A stretch of 64,000 nt of DNA from NCBI GenBank assembly GCA_025352785.1, contig JANXSD010000149.1:14582-78581 (forward strand). The letters run 5' to 3'. Position 1 is the stretch's first letter; each line of letters begins with the position of its first letter. The position numbers and the translations under genes are program-made. Source of the DNA: Bacteroidota bacterium. GTDB lineage: Bacteria; Bacteroidota; Bacteroidia; AKYH767-A; OLB10. The notes beneath the pieces were generated by a model that was not told the DNA's origin, ran no database searches, and saw only the letters and a list, made by a program, of their open reading frames with translations. This document shows, in pieces, positions 48,463 through 58,596 of this stretch.

Positions 48463-50951
48463 GTATACCAGAGAATATAAATTTTCAGTTTGTAGATGTT
48501 ATTTTACCACTTGCATTACCAAATTTATACACGTATGAAGTTCCTGAGCATTTAATTGGAAAGCTTACTCAAGGACAGCGTATAGTTGTACAATTTGGAG
48601 CTCAAAAAGTGTATGCAGCATTAATTTTAAAATTGCATAATAATGCTCCCAATGCGTATGGAATAAAAACATTAATTGAAGTAATTGATGAACTGCCAAT
48701 CATCAACGAACTGCAATTTCGTTTATGGAAATGGATTGCTGATTATTATCTCTGTACTTTAGGAGAAGTAATGTTAGCTGGTTTGCCTTCAGCATTACGA
48801 CTACAAAGTGAAACTAAAATAATTCGAAATCCTGATTTTAATGGAGAAACATCTTCATTAAATGATCGTGAATTCTTAGTGTGGGAAGCACTTGAATTGA
48901 AACCTGAATTATCAATTCAGGAAATAGGTAAAATACTTTCACTAAAACATGTAATGCCTGTAATTCGGAATTTGATTTCTAATCAAGTTGTTTTAGTGCA
49001 GGAGGAGATGAATGAAAAATATAAACCTCGATATATCGATTTAGTTAGTTTACATGAGGATGCCAAATCAGATGAACAACTTGCTGCGCACATAAATAAA
49101 TTAGAAAAACGTGCACCCAAACAAGTGGATTTGTTAATTGCATATTTAAAAATTAGTAAGGATTTAGAACAAAATACAATTTCAAAAAGTTATCTATTAA
49201 AAAAAGCAAATACTCCAGCCTCTGTATTAATTCAACTGGTAAAGAAAAATATATTTGTTGTTACAAAACAACAATGTGATCGATTACCTGTTTACGATGG
49301 ACCTCTAATAGAACCAAAACAATTAAATGCTTTTCAATTACAATCGTTAACGGAAATAAAATATGCTTTTGATGAAGGAAAAGTAACCATGTTACATGGT
49401 GTTACTTCTTCTGGTAAAACAGAAATTTATATTCATCTTATCGAAGAAGTATTGAGTGAAGGAAAACAAGTGTTATATCTTTTACCTGAAATCGCATTAA
49501 CGACTCAAGTAATTAGTCGTTTGTTAAAGCATTTTGGTAACCGATTACTAATTTACCATTCTCGGTTTAATGAACAAGAAAGAGTAGAAGTTTGGAATAA
49601 AATATTAGACGATAATATATTACCTGAAAAACAAGGTGGCAAAATTATTATCGGCGCTCGTTCCTCTGTATTTCTTCCTTTTACCAAACTTGGTTTAATT
49701 ATCGTTGATGAGGAGCATGATAACTCTTACAAGCAAGAAGATCCATCACCGCGTTATAATGCGAGAGATGCAGCTGTAGTTTTAGCCTCTCAACAAGATG
49801 CAAGAATACTCCTAGGAACTGCTACTCCATCCTTAGAATCTTATTTTAATGCATTGTCAGGAAAATATGCTTTGGTAACATTAGATAAACGACATGCTGA
49901 TTTAGAAATGCCTGAAGTGGTTTTAATAGACATAAAAGAAGCAAGAAAAAGAAAATTGGTAAATGGGAATTTTTCTATTGCATTAGTTGATCAAATTAAG
50001 GAGACTATTCAACAAAAGCAACAAGTAATTTTATTTCAAAATAGAAGAGGATTTGCGCCCTTTTTGGAGTGTGCAAATTGTTCGTGGGTTCCATTATGTG
50101 TGAATTGTGATGTAGCACTTACGTATCATAAAAATAAACATGAGTTAAGATGTCATTATTGTGGTTATTTAACAAATTTACCCTCTAAATGTAATGCTTG
50201 TGGTGATCATGATTTGAGAATGAAAGGCTATGGAACGGAACGTATCGAAGAAGATTTACAATTATTAATTCCTGAAGCTAGGATCGCTCGATTAGATTAT
50301 GATACTACAAGAAGTAAACTTGCATTCGCGAGAATTTTAACAGCCTTCGAAGAAGGTGAAATAGATGTTTTAGTAGGAACGCAAATGGTTACCAAAGGCC
50401 TGGATTTTGATCGAGTAAATCTTGTAGGAATTATTAATGCCGATTCTTTATTTCATTATCCTGATTTTCGTTCGCATGAGAGAGGATTTCAATTGCTAGC
50501 ACAAGTAAGTGGTAGAGCAGGACGTAAGCAATTTGGAAAAGTGATGATCCAAACTCATAATCCAGAATCTGTAGTATTAAGTTATGTATTGAAGCATGAT
50601 TTCAGAGGCTTTTACCAACATGAATTAATCGAACGATATAAATTTTCGTATCCGCCTTATTTTCGATTAATTGAGATTCGCTTAAAGCATAAAGACGAAA
50701 AAGAAATTGATCGCGCATCCAATGCTTTTGTGCGTGATTTAAAATTGGTTTTTGGAAATAGAGTATTAGGACCAACAATGCCAACAGTAATTCGTGTAAG
50801 AAATCTTTTTTTAAGAAACGTATTAGTAAAGTTAGAAAAACAACTAAGTGTTGCAGATGTCAAACGTAATCTCGCAATCGCAATTGATAAGTTTAAATCA
50901 AGTCCTGATAATCGTCGATTAATTATTCAAATCGATGTTGATCCTATGTAA
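48459..50951 (+). CDS. priA: Primosomal protein N' (replication restart helicase)
   Basis: Motifs GVTSSGKTEIY and DEEHD, the Cys-rich zinc region (CANCSW..C..C ... CHYCG), and helicase C motifs. Start trimmed to the ATG at 48459, which overlaps the corA stop (ATGA). Confidence 0.9.
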   Translation: MSIPENINFQFVDVILPLALPNLYTYEVPEHLIGKLTQGQRIVVQFGAQKVYAALILKLHNNAPNAYGIKTLIEVIDELPIINELQFRLWKWIADYYLCTLGEVMLAGLPSALRLQSETKIIRNPDFNGETSSLNDREFLVWEALELKPELSIQEIGKILSLKHVMPVIRNLISNQVVLVQEEMNEKYKPRYIDLVSLHEDAKSDEQLAAHINKLEKRAPKQVDLLIAYLKISKDLEQNTISKSYLLKKANTPASVLIQLVKKNIFVVTKQQCDRLPVYDGPLIEPKQLNAFQLQSLTEIKYAFDEGKVTMLHGVTSSGKTEIYIHLIEEVLSEGKQVLYLLPEIALTTQVISRLLKHFGNRLLIYHSRFNEQERVEVWNKILDDNILPEKQGGKIIIGARSSVFLPFTKLGLIIVDEEHDNSYKQEDPSPRYNARDAAVVLASQQDARILLGTATPSLESYFNALSGKYALVTLDKRHADLEMPEVVLIDIKEARKRKLVNGNFSIALVDQIKETIQQKQQVILFQNRRGFAPFLECANCSWVPLCVNCDVALTYHKNKHELRCHYCGYLTNLPSKCNACGDHDLRMKGYGTERIEEDLQLLIPEARIARLDYDTTRSKLAFARILTAFEEGEIDVLVGTQMVTKGLDFDRVNLVGIINADSLFHYPDFRSHERGFQLLAQVSGRAGRKQFGKVMIQTHNPESVVLSYVLKHDFRGFYQHELIERYKFSYPPYFRLIEIRLKHKDEKEIDRASNAFVRDLKLVFGNRVLGPTMPTVIRVRNLFLRNVLVKLEKQLSVADVKRNLAIAIDKFKSSPDNRRLIIQIDVDPM

Positions 50952-50962
50952 TTAAATATTTT

Positions 50963-53776
50963 TTAGTTCAATTCAACGAGTAGTTGAAAGTATAATAATC
51001 TTCCTACTTCTGGTCCACCATAAACTTCGAAATGTTTATTGTTTAACAAGTTCGTTACCCCAATTTTTATTGTCGTTTTTGTTTCGGTAAATTTCTTATT
51101 TATCTGGGCATCCATTATCCCATAACTAGGAATATCTCCAGTAAACTGTGGAGAACCTTCAAATATAAATCCTTGTACCCATTTATAATTGATATTGAAT
51201 CCCCAATTTTTTCCGACCTTGTTAATAATATTGTTTCCAGCAAAACCGATATTGTATTTGTTTTTTGGAGTATTAAATGCTGGGATCAATGGATCATCAG
51301 AATTATGTCGGTCTAATTCATTCCAAGACCAATTTCCATTTATTGAAAATGATTGTGCAAAGAAATAATTAAAACCAATGGAGGCACCCATCGTTGTTAC
51401 AACATCGTTAGAGTTAGATGCTATCCTATAAACATTATTAAGTGTAACAGGTAAAGCAGTATTTGGATGAACATTTACATTTGCACCAATTCTGTATCCA
51501 ATAAAATCATGATAAGTACTGTAATAATAATTCATGTCCATGTAAAGATGTTCGAAAAGTGTTGTGCGGTAACCAGCTTCAATTGTTTTTACTCGCTCAG
51601 GACGAACTGGAGATACATTAAAATATACCAACGAATCAGGTGAGAAATTATTAAAACTTTTAAGTAATGATTCAATAGTTACCAAAGAATCATAACCATC
51701 TAAATTTCCAAGTAAAGTGGCGCGACCAACTTGATAAAACAAGTATTGATCTTGCAATGTTGGATTTCTAATAGCAGAACTAAACGAAACTCTAAACGTA
51801 TGATTTTTGTTTGGACTATAAATCCCGGAAAAAGCAGGAGAAACTAAATAGTCGAAATTTTCGTTTTTATCCACACGGACTGTAGCATTCAGTTTAACTT
51901 TCTCTTTAAATATTTTTTTATCTATTCCCGCATAAGCACCCCATTCTTCATTCGTTATTTTTCGCTGCATCGTATCACTGAAAATTGTGCCGTTAGAATT
52001 TGGTAAGTACTTTCTGTAATTTGCTCCGGTAGTTAAATCGAATACTTTCAAATTAAATTTGTATTCTCCATGTACATGCATTAAAGCCGATTTATCATAA
52101 AACCGTGAACCACCTTCTGAAAAGGATTGACGAGTGGTAATACTTTTAAATGCAGTATCAAATGCATAGGTTCCAGGCTCCAAAAATGCTTTATAACCTA
52201 GAAGAGGATTGCCAATACCATTGGCATAAGCAGCTGCTAAACTATGATACAATGCCATTGAATCAGGATATGTATTTATTAGAGTAGGGTTGATGGATAA
52301 AATGTACTGTTGGTAAAGGGCCGAATAATTTGGTGATCCAGGTGGCGGTGCTTGAGGTAATGCAGGATAGTTTGCTAAAGTGATTTTTGGTTTAATATAT
52401 TTCGACCAATAAAAAGCATAATCTTGAGCCCATCTATCATCTGGTTTGGTTTCACGTTGCAATAATAAGGATGTAAAAAATGCATCATAAGATTTTCCTG
52501 CATCTTCCGTTGTCATATATGCACGAATGAAAAATTTATTTAGTTTTCGGATTTCAATTCGATTTTGAAAAAATAAAATATCTTTCAGGCTATATCTGTT
52601 ATCACCTTGATAAACCGTAGTCCCACTTCCAAAGTTGGAGGAATAAATTAATTCCGTTTCTTTTCGAATTTTATAATGAAAGGCAGCATTTAATTTTATG
52701 TTTTTTGTATTGTAATCTACTAAGTCAGGTTCTGCATATCCAGTACGATAAATAACTCCTAATCCAGGGTAACTAGTTGGTCGACCTGAATACGTAGCAC
52801 CACCATTAAAATATTCATCACCATAGATATTTACTGCATCATAACCTCCAGGATTGGTAATTGGATCTTTGGTTTGTGGAGTTGCCGAATAATTTTTTGC
52901 CTCCCAATCATGAGCTTTAAAAATGCAAGCATTAAATTTCATTCCGAATTTATCTTGACCTCCTTTATTTTTAAATACAACTGCATATCGAATTGCTGTT
53001 TCTAATAAATCTCTAGTTCCACTTTTTACCGACATCTCAAAACCAGGTTTTACAAATGGACTTCTTGTAGTCATACTTATAACACCATTAAATGCATTCG
53101 GACCATAAAAAGCTGAACTCGCTCCAACAACTAAATCTACTTTCAATAAATCTAATTCCGAGCATCCAAGAAAATTCCCTAATGAAAAATTTAATCCTGG
53201 TGCTTGGTTATCTACTCCATCAATAACTTGAAGTGATCGAACGGGTGAAGTACTATTAAAGCCTCTCGTATTAATTACTTTGAACCCTAAACTTGCTGAA
53301 GTAAGATCAACACCTTTTAGTGAACCAAGTCCATCATAAAAATTTGCAGCTGGAGTCTGCTTAATGGCAATTATATCCATTGCTTCGACAGTAAGTGCTG
53401 ATTCTCTTTGTTTTTCGGTTAGTCGTGAGTCTGTAATATGAACTTCTTTTAATTGCATTTCATTATTCTCCAAAATAATATTTAGCTTTTTTGAAGCATC
53501 TGTTACAATAATTTCCTGAGTTACATACCCTAAATAACTAACTACTATTGTTATTGGAAACTCACTATTTATTGTAAGCGAAAAATTTCCATCAACATCC
53601 GCAGAAACTCCATTCGTTGTCCCTTTAACATTTATTGTTGCACCAACTAAACCCTCATTTGTAATTTTGTCGTGAATTGTTCCTTTAATAATTTGTTGAG
53701 CAAAAATATTTGATAATGAACCCGTGAGAATACTGCTTAGCATCATTAAGCGAATTAAGAGATGTTTGAGTTGCAT
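50963..53776 (-). CDS. TonB-dependent receptor with an N-terminal carboxypeptidase-regulatory-like domain
   Basis: Signal peptide, CarbopepD_reg-like start (IKGTIHDKITNEGLVGATINVKGT), plug region, C-terminal beta-barrel ending in aromatic residues. 937 aa. No adjacent SusD-like gene. Confidence 0.75.
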   Translation of the reverse strand: MQLKHLLIRLMMLSSILTGSLSNIFAQQIIKGTIHDKITNEGLVGATINVKGTTNGVSADVDGNFSLTINSEFPITIVVSYLGYVTQEIIVTDASKKLNIILENNEMQLKEVHITDSRLTEKQRESALTVEAMDIIAIKQTPAANFYDGLGSLKGVDLTSASLGFKVINTRGFNSTSPVRSLQVIDGVDNQAPGLNFSLGNFLGCSELDLLKVDLVVGASSAFYGPNAFNGVISMTTRSPFVKPGFEMSVKSGTRDLLETAIRYAVVFKNKGGQDKFGMKFNACIFKAHDWEAKNYSATPQTKDPITNPGGYDAVNIYGDEYFNGGATYSGRPTSYPGLGVIYRTGYAEPDLVDYNTKNIKLNAAFHYKIRKETELIYSSNFGSGTTVYQGDNRYSLKDILFFQNRIEIRKLNKFFIRAYMTTEDAGKSYDAFFTSLLLQRETKPDDRWAQDYAFYWSKYIKPKITLANYPALPQAPPPGSPNYSALYQQYILSINPTLINTYPDSMALYHSLAAAYANGIGNPLLGYKAFLEPGTYAFDTAFKSITTRQSFSEGGSRFYDKSALMHVHGEYKFNLKVFDLTTGANYRKYLPNSNGTIFSDTMQRKITNEEWGAYAGIDKKIFKEKVKLNATVRVDKNENFDYLVSPAFSGIYSPNKNHTFRVSFSSAIRNPTLQDQYLFYQVGRATLLGNLDGYDSLVTIESLLKSFNNFSPDSLVYFNVSPVRPERVKTIEAGYRTTLFEHLYMDMNYYYSTYHDFIGYRIGANVNVHPNTALPVTLNNVYRIASNSNDVVTTMGASIGFNYFFAQSFSINGNWSWNELDRHNSDDPLIPAFNTPKNKYNIGFAGNNIINKVGKNWGFNINYKWVQGFIFEGSPQFTGDIPSYGIMDAQINKKFTETKTTIKIGVTNLLNNKHFEVYGGPEVGRLLYFQLLVELN

Positions 53777-53885
53777 AGGGTTTTGTTGAAAAACAAAAAT
53801 AATGAATTGAAGATAGGAAAGTATTATTATCGAATAAAGATTAAAATTAATGGTTTTGAACTCACATTTTTATCAACTTTGTGAT

Positions 53886-54596
53886 ATGAAGAAAATTTAT
53901 ATGCTTTCTATTCTAAGCCTTTCAGTGTTATTTGTTAATGCACAAAAGGCTCCTTACCAAATCTATAAAGGCGATACGATAAATAGAGTGGATGCGAATG
54001 GCTCGAAGCAAGGTGAATGGCGTAAATACTATAGAACCGATACACTATTTTCAAAATCTACTTTTATAAATAATAAACCCGTAGGTATTTCTAAAACTTG
54101 GTATGAAAGCGGCAAAATCAAAGGTATTGTAACGTTTGAAAAGTTTGGAGGAAGTTCTCATGCTGTTAGTTATTATGAATCTGGAAAAGTTTTAGCAAAA
54201 GGAAATTATGTTGATCAAAAAAAGGATTCTACCTGGCTATTTTATACCGAAAATGATTCTTTAAAATCAGTAGAGAATTATAAAAAGGGATTACCAACAA
54301 GCAAGTGGCTAGTTTATTTTGAAGATGGTAAGATAGCGGAAGAAAAGAATTATCTAAATGGAAAAAGAGAAGGAGTTTATCGCCAATTTAATGCGGATGG
54401 TACTTTAATTTTTGAAATGAATTATAAAAATGATTTAGAAGATGGTGTGTTAAAACTTTATCATCTTAATGGAAAAGTAAAAGAAACAGGTTCCTATATC
54501 AAAGGATTAAAAGAAGGAGCCTGGATGGAATATAATGCTAGTGGTGCAGTCTTGAAAACAGAATTGTATAAGAAGGGCGTATTGATGACAAAATAA
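53886..54596 (+). CDS. MORN-variant repeat (YwqK-family) secreted protein
   Basis: Signal peptide, then repeated G.K.GEW..YY.NG units. Confidence 0.6.
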   Translation: MKKIYMLSILSLSVLFVNAQKAPYQIYKGDTINRVDANGSKQGEWRKYYRTDTLFSKSTFINNKPVGISKTWYESGKIKGIVTFEKFGGSSHAVSYYESGKVLAKGNYVDQKKDSTWLFYTENDSLKSVENYKKGLPTSKWLVYFEDGKIAEEKNYLNGKREGVYRQFNADGTLIFEMNYKNDLEDGVLKLYHLNGKVKETGSYIKGLKEGAWMEYNASGAVLKTELYKKGVLMTK

Positions 54597-54606
54597 TATT
54601 TTCTGA

Positions 54607-55152
54607 CTATGAAATAGGCATTACTTCTCGATTTTTCCCTTTAATGCCTTTAAAAAATTCTTCGATCACTTTGCGATCTATTTCAAAATCACCACTAGGA
54701 TAAAACGGCTTTGCCCATAGAATATTTTTGTGTGCATAATCTAAGGCAACCATTACAATGGGAACGTTTGCTTTTACGGATATCTGATAAAATCCTGTCT
54801 TCCACTTCGCAACATTTTTTCTCGTTCCTTCTGGTGCAATTGCAATTACAAATTGCTCCTCTTTATTGAATAGAGCAACTACCTGATCCACAAGATTATT
54901 ATGCTTGTTTCTGTCTACAGGAAATCCCCCTAGTCGTTTAAATAGCCATCCAAATGGTGCTGAGAATAATTCCTTTTTAGCCAAATAATTGGAAGGGAAT
55001 TTCATAATACTTCTGATTGCTAAACCAATTAAAAAATCCCAGTTACTGCTATGTGGCGCAACAATAATTATATACTTTTTTAGATCTCTCGGAACGTCGC
55101 CAATAATCTTCCACCCCAACCTAAAAAAAAAGAATTTATAGAGAAATCGCAT
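54607..55152 (-). CDS. 1-acyl-sn-glycerol-3-phosphate acyltransferase family (PlsC-like)
   Basis: HX4D motif in APHSSNWDF; PEGTR motif; 181 aa. Confidence 0.75.
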   Translation of the reverse strand: MRFLYKFFFFRLGWKIIGDVPRDLKKYIIIVAPHSSNWDFLIGLAIRSIMKFPSNYLAKKELFSAPFGWLFKRLGGFPVDRNKHNNLVDQVVALFNKEEQFVIAIAPEGTRKNVAKWKTGFYQISVKANVPIVMVALDYAHKNILWAKPFYPSGDFEIDRKVIEEFFKGIKGKNREVMPIS

Positions 55153-55233
55153 TAAATTTATCTTGTAAAATATTCAAACAAATTAGTTTTACTAAAAGCA
55201 ATGGTGGACTATTTTTTTTTAATACGAATGTAA

Positions 55234-55269
55234 TAAAAAAAAACGCCCCAAATTAATGGAGCGTTTTTT
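55234..55269 (-). terminator. Intrinsic terminator hairpin (acgcccc...ggagcgt) with flanking A/T runs
   Basis: On the minus strand the hairpin is followed by a U-run, just after the stop of the 55290 gene. Confidence 0.55.
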
Positions 55270-55289
55270 ACTGGCAATTATGACAATAA

Positions 55290-56153
55290 TTAATCAGTTA
55301 CTACAACTAAATATTTCGATGCTTTCCAAAATTTTTCTGGATCCGTAATTTCAATCGACGTTACTTTGTCGTTCTCATGTTGCAGTTTGTAAGTTCCAGA
55401 TGGATGCGTACTTATTAATTTAACATCCTTTGAATTTAAGGTAATAGTTTTTGTGCTCGTCACATCTATCTGCGTAAAAGCTTCTTGATTGAAATCGGAA
55501 ACAACCGACTTTTGTTTACCCATTCCTAAGAATCCGCCTTGCTTTGATAACACTTTCTTATCACGCAATTGCTTGTATGTTCCAACTGTATAATATGCAG
55601 TATTTAACTTTGAAGTTTTGTCCTTTATCTCACTTAATTTAGTTGCATTATCCATACGGATTGTATCAATTGTACTTTTCATTTCATTGATAGTTCCATT
55701 CAAAGCAAGAACATGTTCGTTCATTGCATTGATGCTAGAATCTTTTGCAGCAAGTTGATTGTTTAATGATGCAATCACTTTTTCTAATTCACCAATCTTA
55801 ATGTTGTTCTTACGAATTCTTGATTGAAGATCGCCTAGTTTCTTTTTGTTTTGATCGATCATCTGACGAATTGCTTCGATGTCGTTCATGATTTTTGTTT
55901 TGGAATCTGGTGTAGCTTCCGGGTTGTTTGCTGTAGTACGATTTAACATCTCTTCCTGATGCGTCAATCCATCTATGTTTGTCTGAATTTCACTGATGTC
56001 TTGCATATAGCCATTGATCACTGAATCTTTAGCGTCATATTGTGCCATCAAACTATCGCGCTGATGATTCATACGATCAACCTCAGCTTTGTAGTCTGGT
56101 CCGCAACTAGTTAATAAAACGCACACTCCTAATATGCTTATTAATTGTTTCAT
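55290..56153 (-). CDS. Coiled-coil lipoprotein of unknown function
   Basis: Lipobox LLTSC, long heptad-like region, 287 aa. Confidence 0.4.
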   Translation of the reverse strand: MKQLISILGVCVLLTSCGPDYKAEVDRMNHQRDSLMAQYDAKDSVINGYMQDISEIQTNIDGLTHQEEMLNRTTANNPEATPDSKTKIMNDIEAIRQMIDQNKKKLGDLQSRIRKNNIKIGELEKVIASLNNQLAAKDSSINAMNEHVLALNGTINEMKSTIDTIRMDNATKLSEIKDKTSKLNTAYYTVGTYKQLRDKKVLSKQGGFLGMGKQKSVVSDFNQEAFTQIDVTSTKTITLNSKDVKLISTHPSGTYKLQHENDKVTSIEITDPEKFWKASKYLVVVTD

Positions 56154-56491
56154 GGTTAATGTTATTATTTATTGTTAGTCAAAGATAAACATAATTTCGC
56201 CCACAAAAATTGTATTTTCACCCAATTTTCTTTCAACAGGCTGATTGTTAATATCTATTTCTAAAAGAATTCCATTAAATGATCATTACTTTTTTTTTAT
56301 TTGACATGTTTTTACATCTATTAAATGATTGATTACTAATAATATAATTTTTTATTTGACTGTTTTATGCTAATACCTCAGCAATATGGCTCATTTTAAA
56401 GATCCTAGATTAATTAATTGTTAATCTTTTTAAATGATGATTTAACCGAAATGAGATTCCTTAAATTTGAATAAATCGAAATCCTAATATC

Positions 56492-56920
56492 ATGAAGCAT
56501 TTTGAAAAAAGTTGGTCGCAGCCATTATCTGGCCATAAAAAGTTTATTGCTGCTATGCTATCTCACAGTCTATCAAAATTGCTTAATCGTAGAATATTTG
56601 AAGTAGTTAATGAATCGTTTATTGATTTACAAGATTGGAAAAGTGAACAACCAGATGTGATCGTATATGATATAAAAGACGAATACAAACCTGCAATGTT
56701 GATCGAATTTACCGATCATGCAGGACTTGATTCAACAATTCGCACGATGGAAATATTATCAGATTTATACCATGTACCTGAAGCTTTTATCTTCGATTTT
56801 GAAACTCAAAAATGGTTTCGTATCAATGGTCATGATGTTCAAGAATCAGCTTCAAGTGAAAAATTTGGATTTAATTTACAAAATATCTTATCACAAAGTC
56901 TTCTCCAATATAGCAATTGA
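56492..56920 (+). CDS. Hypothetical protein, possibly a truncated Uma2/DUF820-like PD-(D/E)XK fold
   Basis: PDVIVYDIKDE...AMLIEFTD...HVPEAFIFDFETQ is loosely reminiscent of Uma2-family proteins. It is an orphan gene between AT-rich intergenic regions. Confidence 0.3.
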   Translation: MKHFEKSWSQPLSGHKKFIAAMLSHSLSKLLNRRIFEVVNESFIDLQDWKSEQPDVIVYDIKDEYKPAMLIEFTDHAGLDSTIRTMEILSDLYHVPEAFIFDFETQKWFRINGHDVQESASSEKFGFNLQNILSQSLLQYSN

Positions 56921-56994
56921 AATTACTTCTCTTATTATAAGTGATAGTTGAAAAAAATATTTGTAGAATAAATAAAGATTATTCTACATTCTTT

Positions 56995-57050
56995 ATTCTG
57001 CATTCTTAATTTTAAATTGTGCATTCTGAATTCTTAATTTTAAATTCTGA
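56995..57050. repeat. Imperfect tandem direct repeat, ~28-bp period, two copies of attcttaattttaaatt
   Basis: The copies are at 57002-57018 and 57030-57046. It lies between the convergent stops of 56492..56920 and speA. Confidence 0.6.
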
Positions 57051-57058
57051 ATTCAGTT

Positions 57059-58450
57059 TTAGTAGCCCAATATTTTCATCATACTCTTCGCAGATTGCTC
57101 TTTTGCAAATAGTCGTGTAGTATAATCGCCATCTTCAGTACGATCAATTAAAACATGTTTTGGCGCAGGTATCAAACAATGCTGAATTCCTCCGTATCCT
57201 CCAATGCTTTCCTGATATGCACCCGTATGAAAGAAGCCTAAGTATTGTTCGGTCTCTCCATCAGGCTTTGGCAAAAACACACGGTTACGAATGGATTCCA
57301 TGATGTAATAATCATCACTATCGCATGTGATCCCGCCAAGGTTCACACGTTGATAATCTTTATCCCAATTGTTAATTGCTAGTAAAATGAATTTCTGTTT
57401 GATGCCCCAAGTGTCTGGTAAGGTGGTGATAAATGAACTATCAATCATACTCCAAAGCTCATTGTCGTTCTGCTGCTTCTGACCAACAACGCTAAATAAT
57501 ATCGCTCCGCTTTCGCCAACAGTAAAGGATCCGAACTCCGTTACGATGGTTGGTTCTTCTACTTCGCGTTGATCGCATGCCATCTTTATTTGATGAATAA
57601 TCTCATCAGCCATATATTGATAATCGTAGTTGAAGTCGAGTTTGGTCCGAATAGGAAAGCCTCCACCAATATCCAAATACTCCAACTCCGGACAAATCTT
57701 CTTAAGATCACAATATAAATTGATATTCTTTTGCAATTCGCTCCAATAATAGGCTGTGTCCTTTATGCCTGTATTAATGAAAAAATGAAGCAGCTTTAAT
57801 TCTGCATTCTTATTGTTTTGAATTTGTTGCTTGTAATATTCTACAATACCGTTGTAACGAATTCCTAATCGAGAGGTATAAAATTCTGCATTAGGTTCTT
57901 CTTCAGCCGCAATTCTAATTCCAACTTGCAATTTGCCTTTATAGTTTTTCTGCAATTGCGGAAGTTCGTCTTTGTTATCAAGAATAGATATTACATTGGT
58001 AAATCCATCGTTCATCATATCAATAATTCCATCCGTATAATTGTCTCGCTTGAATCCATTGCATATCACCATTCTACTTTTATCAACCTTTCCTTGGGCG
58101 GCTAACTCTCGAATAATTGGAATGTCAAAGGCTGAACTAGTCTCCAAATGGACATCATTTTTCAGAACTTCTGACAAAACAAATTCAAAGTGGGAGCTTT
58201 TTGTACAATAGCAATACAAATAATTACCTTTGTAATCTGCCTTTGCCATAGCTACATTAAATAAACGAGTTGCTTTTTGGATCTGATCGCTTATCTTTGG
58301 CAAATAGGTGATTTTTAGTGGAGTGCCATATTGCTCAATAATGTCCATTAGTGGTATTCCATTGAAATGGAGGCAATTATCTTCCACTTTAAATCCTTCT
58401 TGAGGGAATTCAAAGGTTTGTTCAATTAGGTCGGTGTATCTATTCTTCAT
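57059..58450 (-). CDS. speA: Biosynthetic arginine decarboxylase (PLP-dependent, fold III)
   Basis: 463 aa. N-terminal region (YGTPLKITYLPKI..Q...L) and C-terminal motifs of fold-III decarboxylases (GGG.P, EPGR-like). Confidence 0.75.
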   Translation of the reverse strand: MKNRYTDLIEQTFEFPQEGFKVEDNCLHFNGIPLMDIIEQYGTPLKITYLPKISDQIQKATRLFNVAMAKADYKGNYLYCYCTKSSHFEFVLSEVLKNDVHLETSSAFDIPIIRELAAQGKVDKSRMVICNGFKRDNYTDGIIDMMNDGFTNVISILDNKDELPQLQKNYKGKLQVGIRIAAEEEPNAEFYTSRLGIRYNGIVEYYKQQIQNNKNAELKLLHFFINTGIKDTAYYWSELQKNINLYCDLKKICPELEYLDIGGGFPIRTKLDFNYDYQYMADEIIHQIKMACDQREVEEPTIVTEFGSFTVGESGAILFSVVGQKQQNDNELWSMIDSSFITTLPDTWGIKQKFILLAINNWDKDYQRVNLGGITCDSDDYYIMESIRNRVFLPKPDGETEQYLGFFHTGAYQESIGGYGGIQHCLIPAPKHVLIDRTEDGDYTTRLFAKEQSAKSMMKILGY

Positions 58451-58596
58451 TAATCCGTATGAGTTACTTTGCTATGAATATACAAATGTAAGTAACTTGG
58501 AATTATAAAATATAGACAATTTAAAATTTAATAGAGGATTGAAATTGTCTTGATTGAGGATATCAGATAATTCATTCTTTTAAAATATCAGCATTT

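Noticed and set aside
53850-54596. YwqK-family 'antitoxin' as a toxin-antitoxin system
   Set aside because: The family name is historical. This protein has a signal peptide and MORN-variant repeats, and no partner toxin gene is adjacent.
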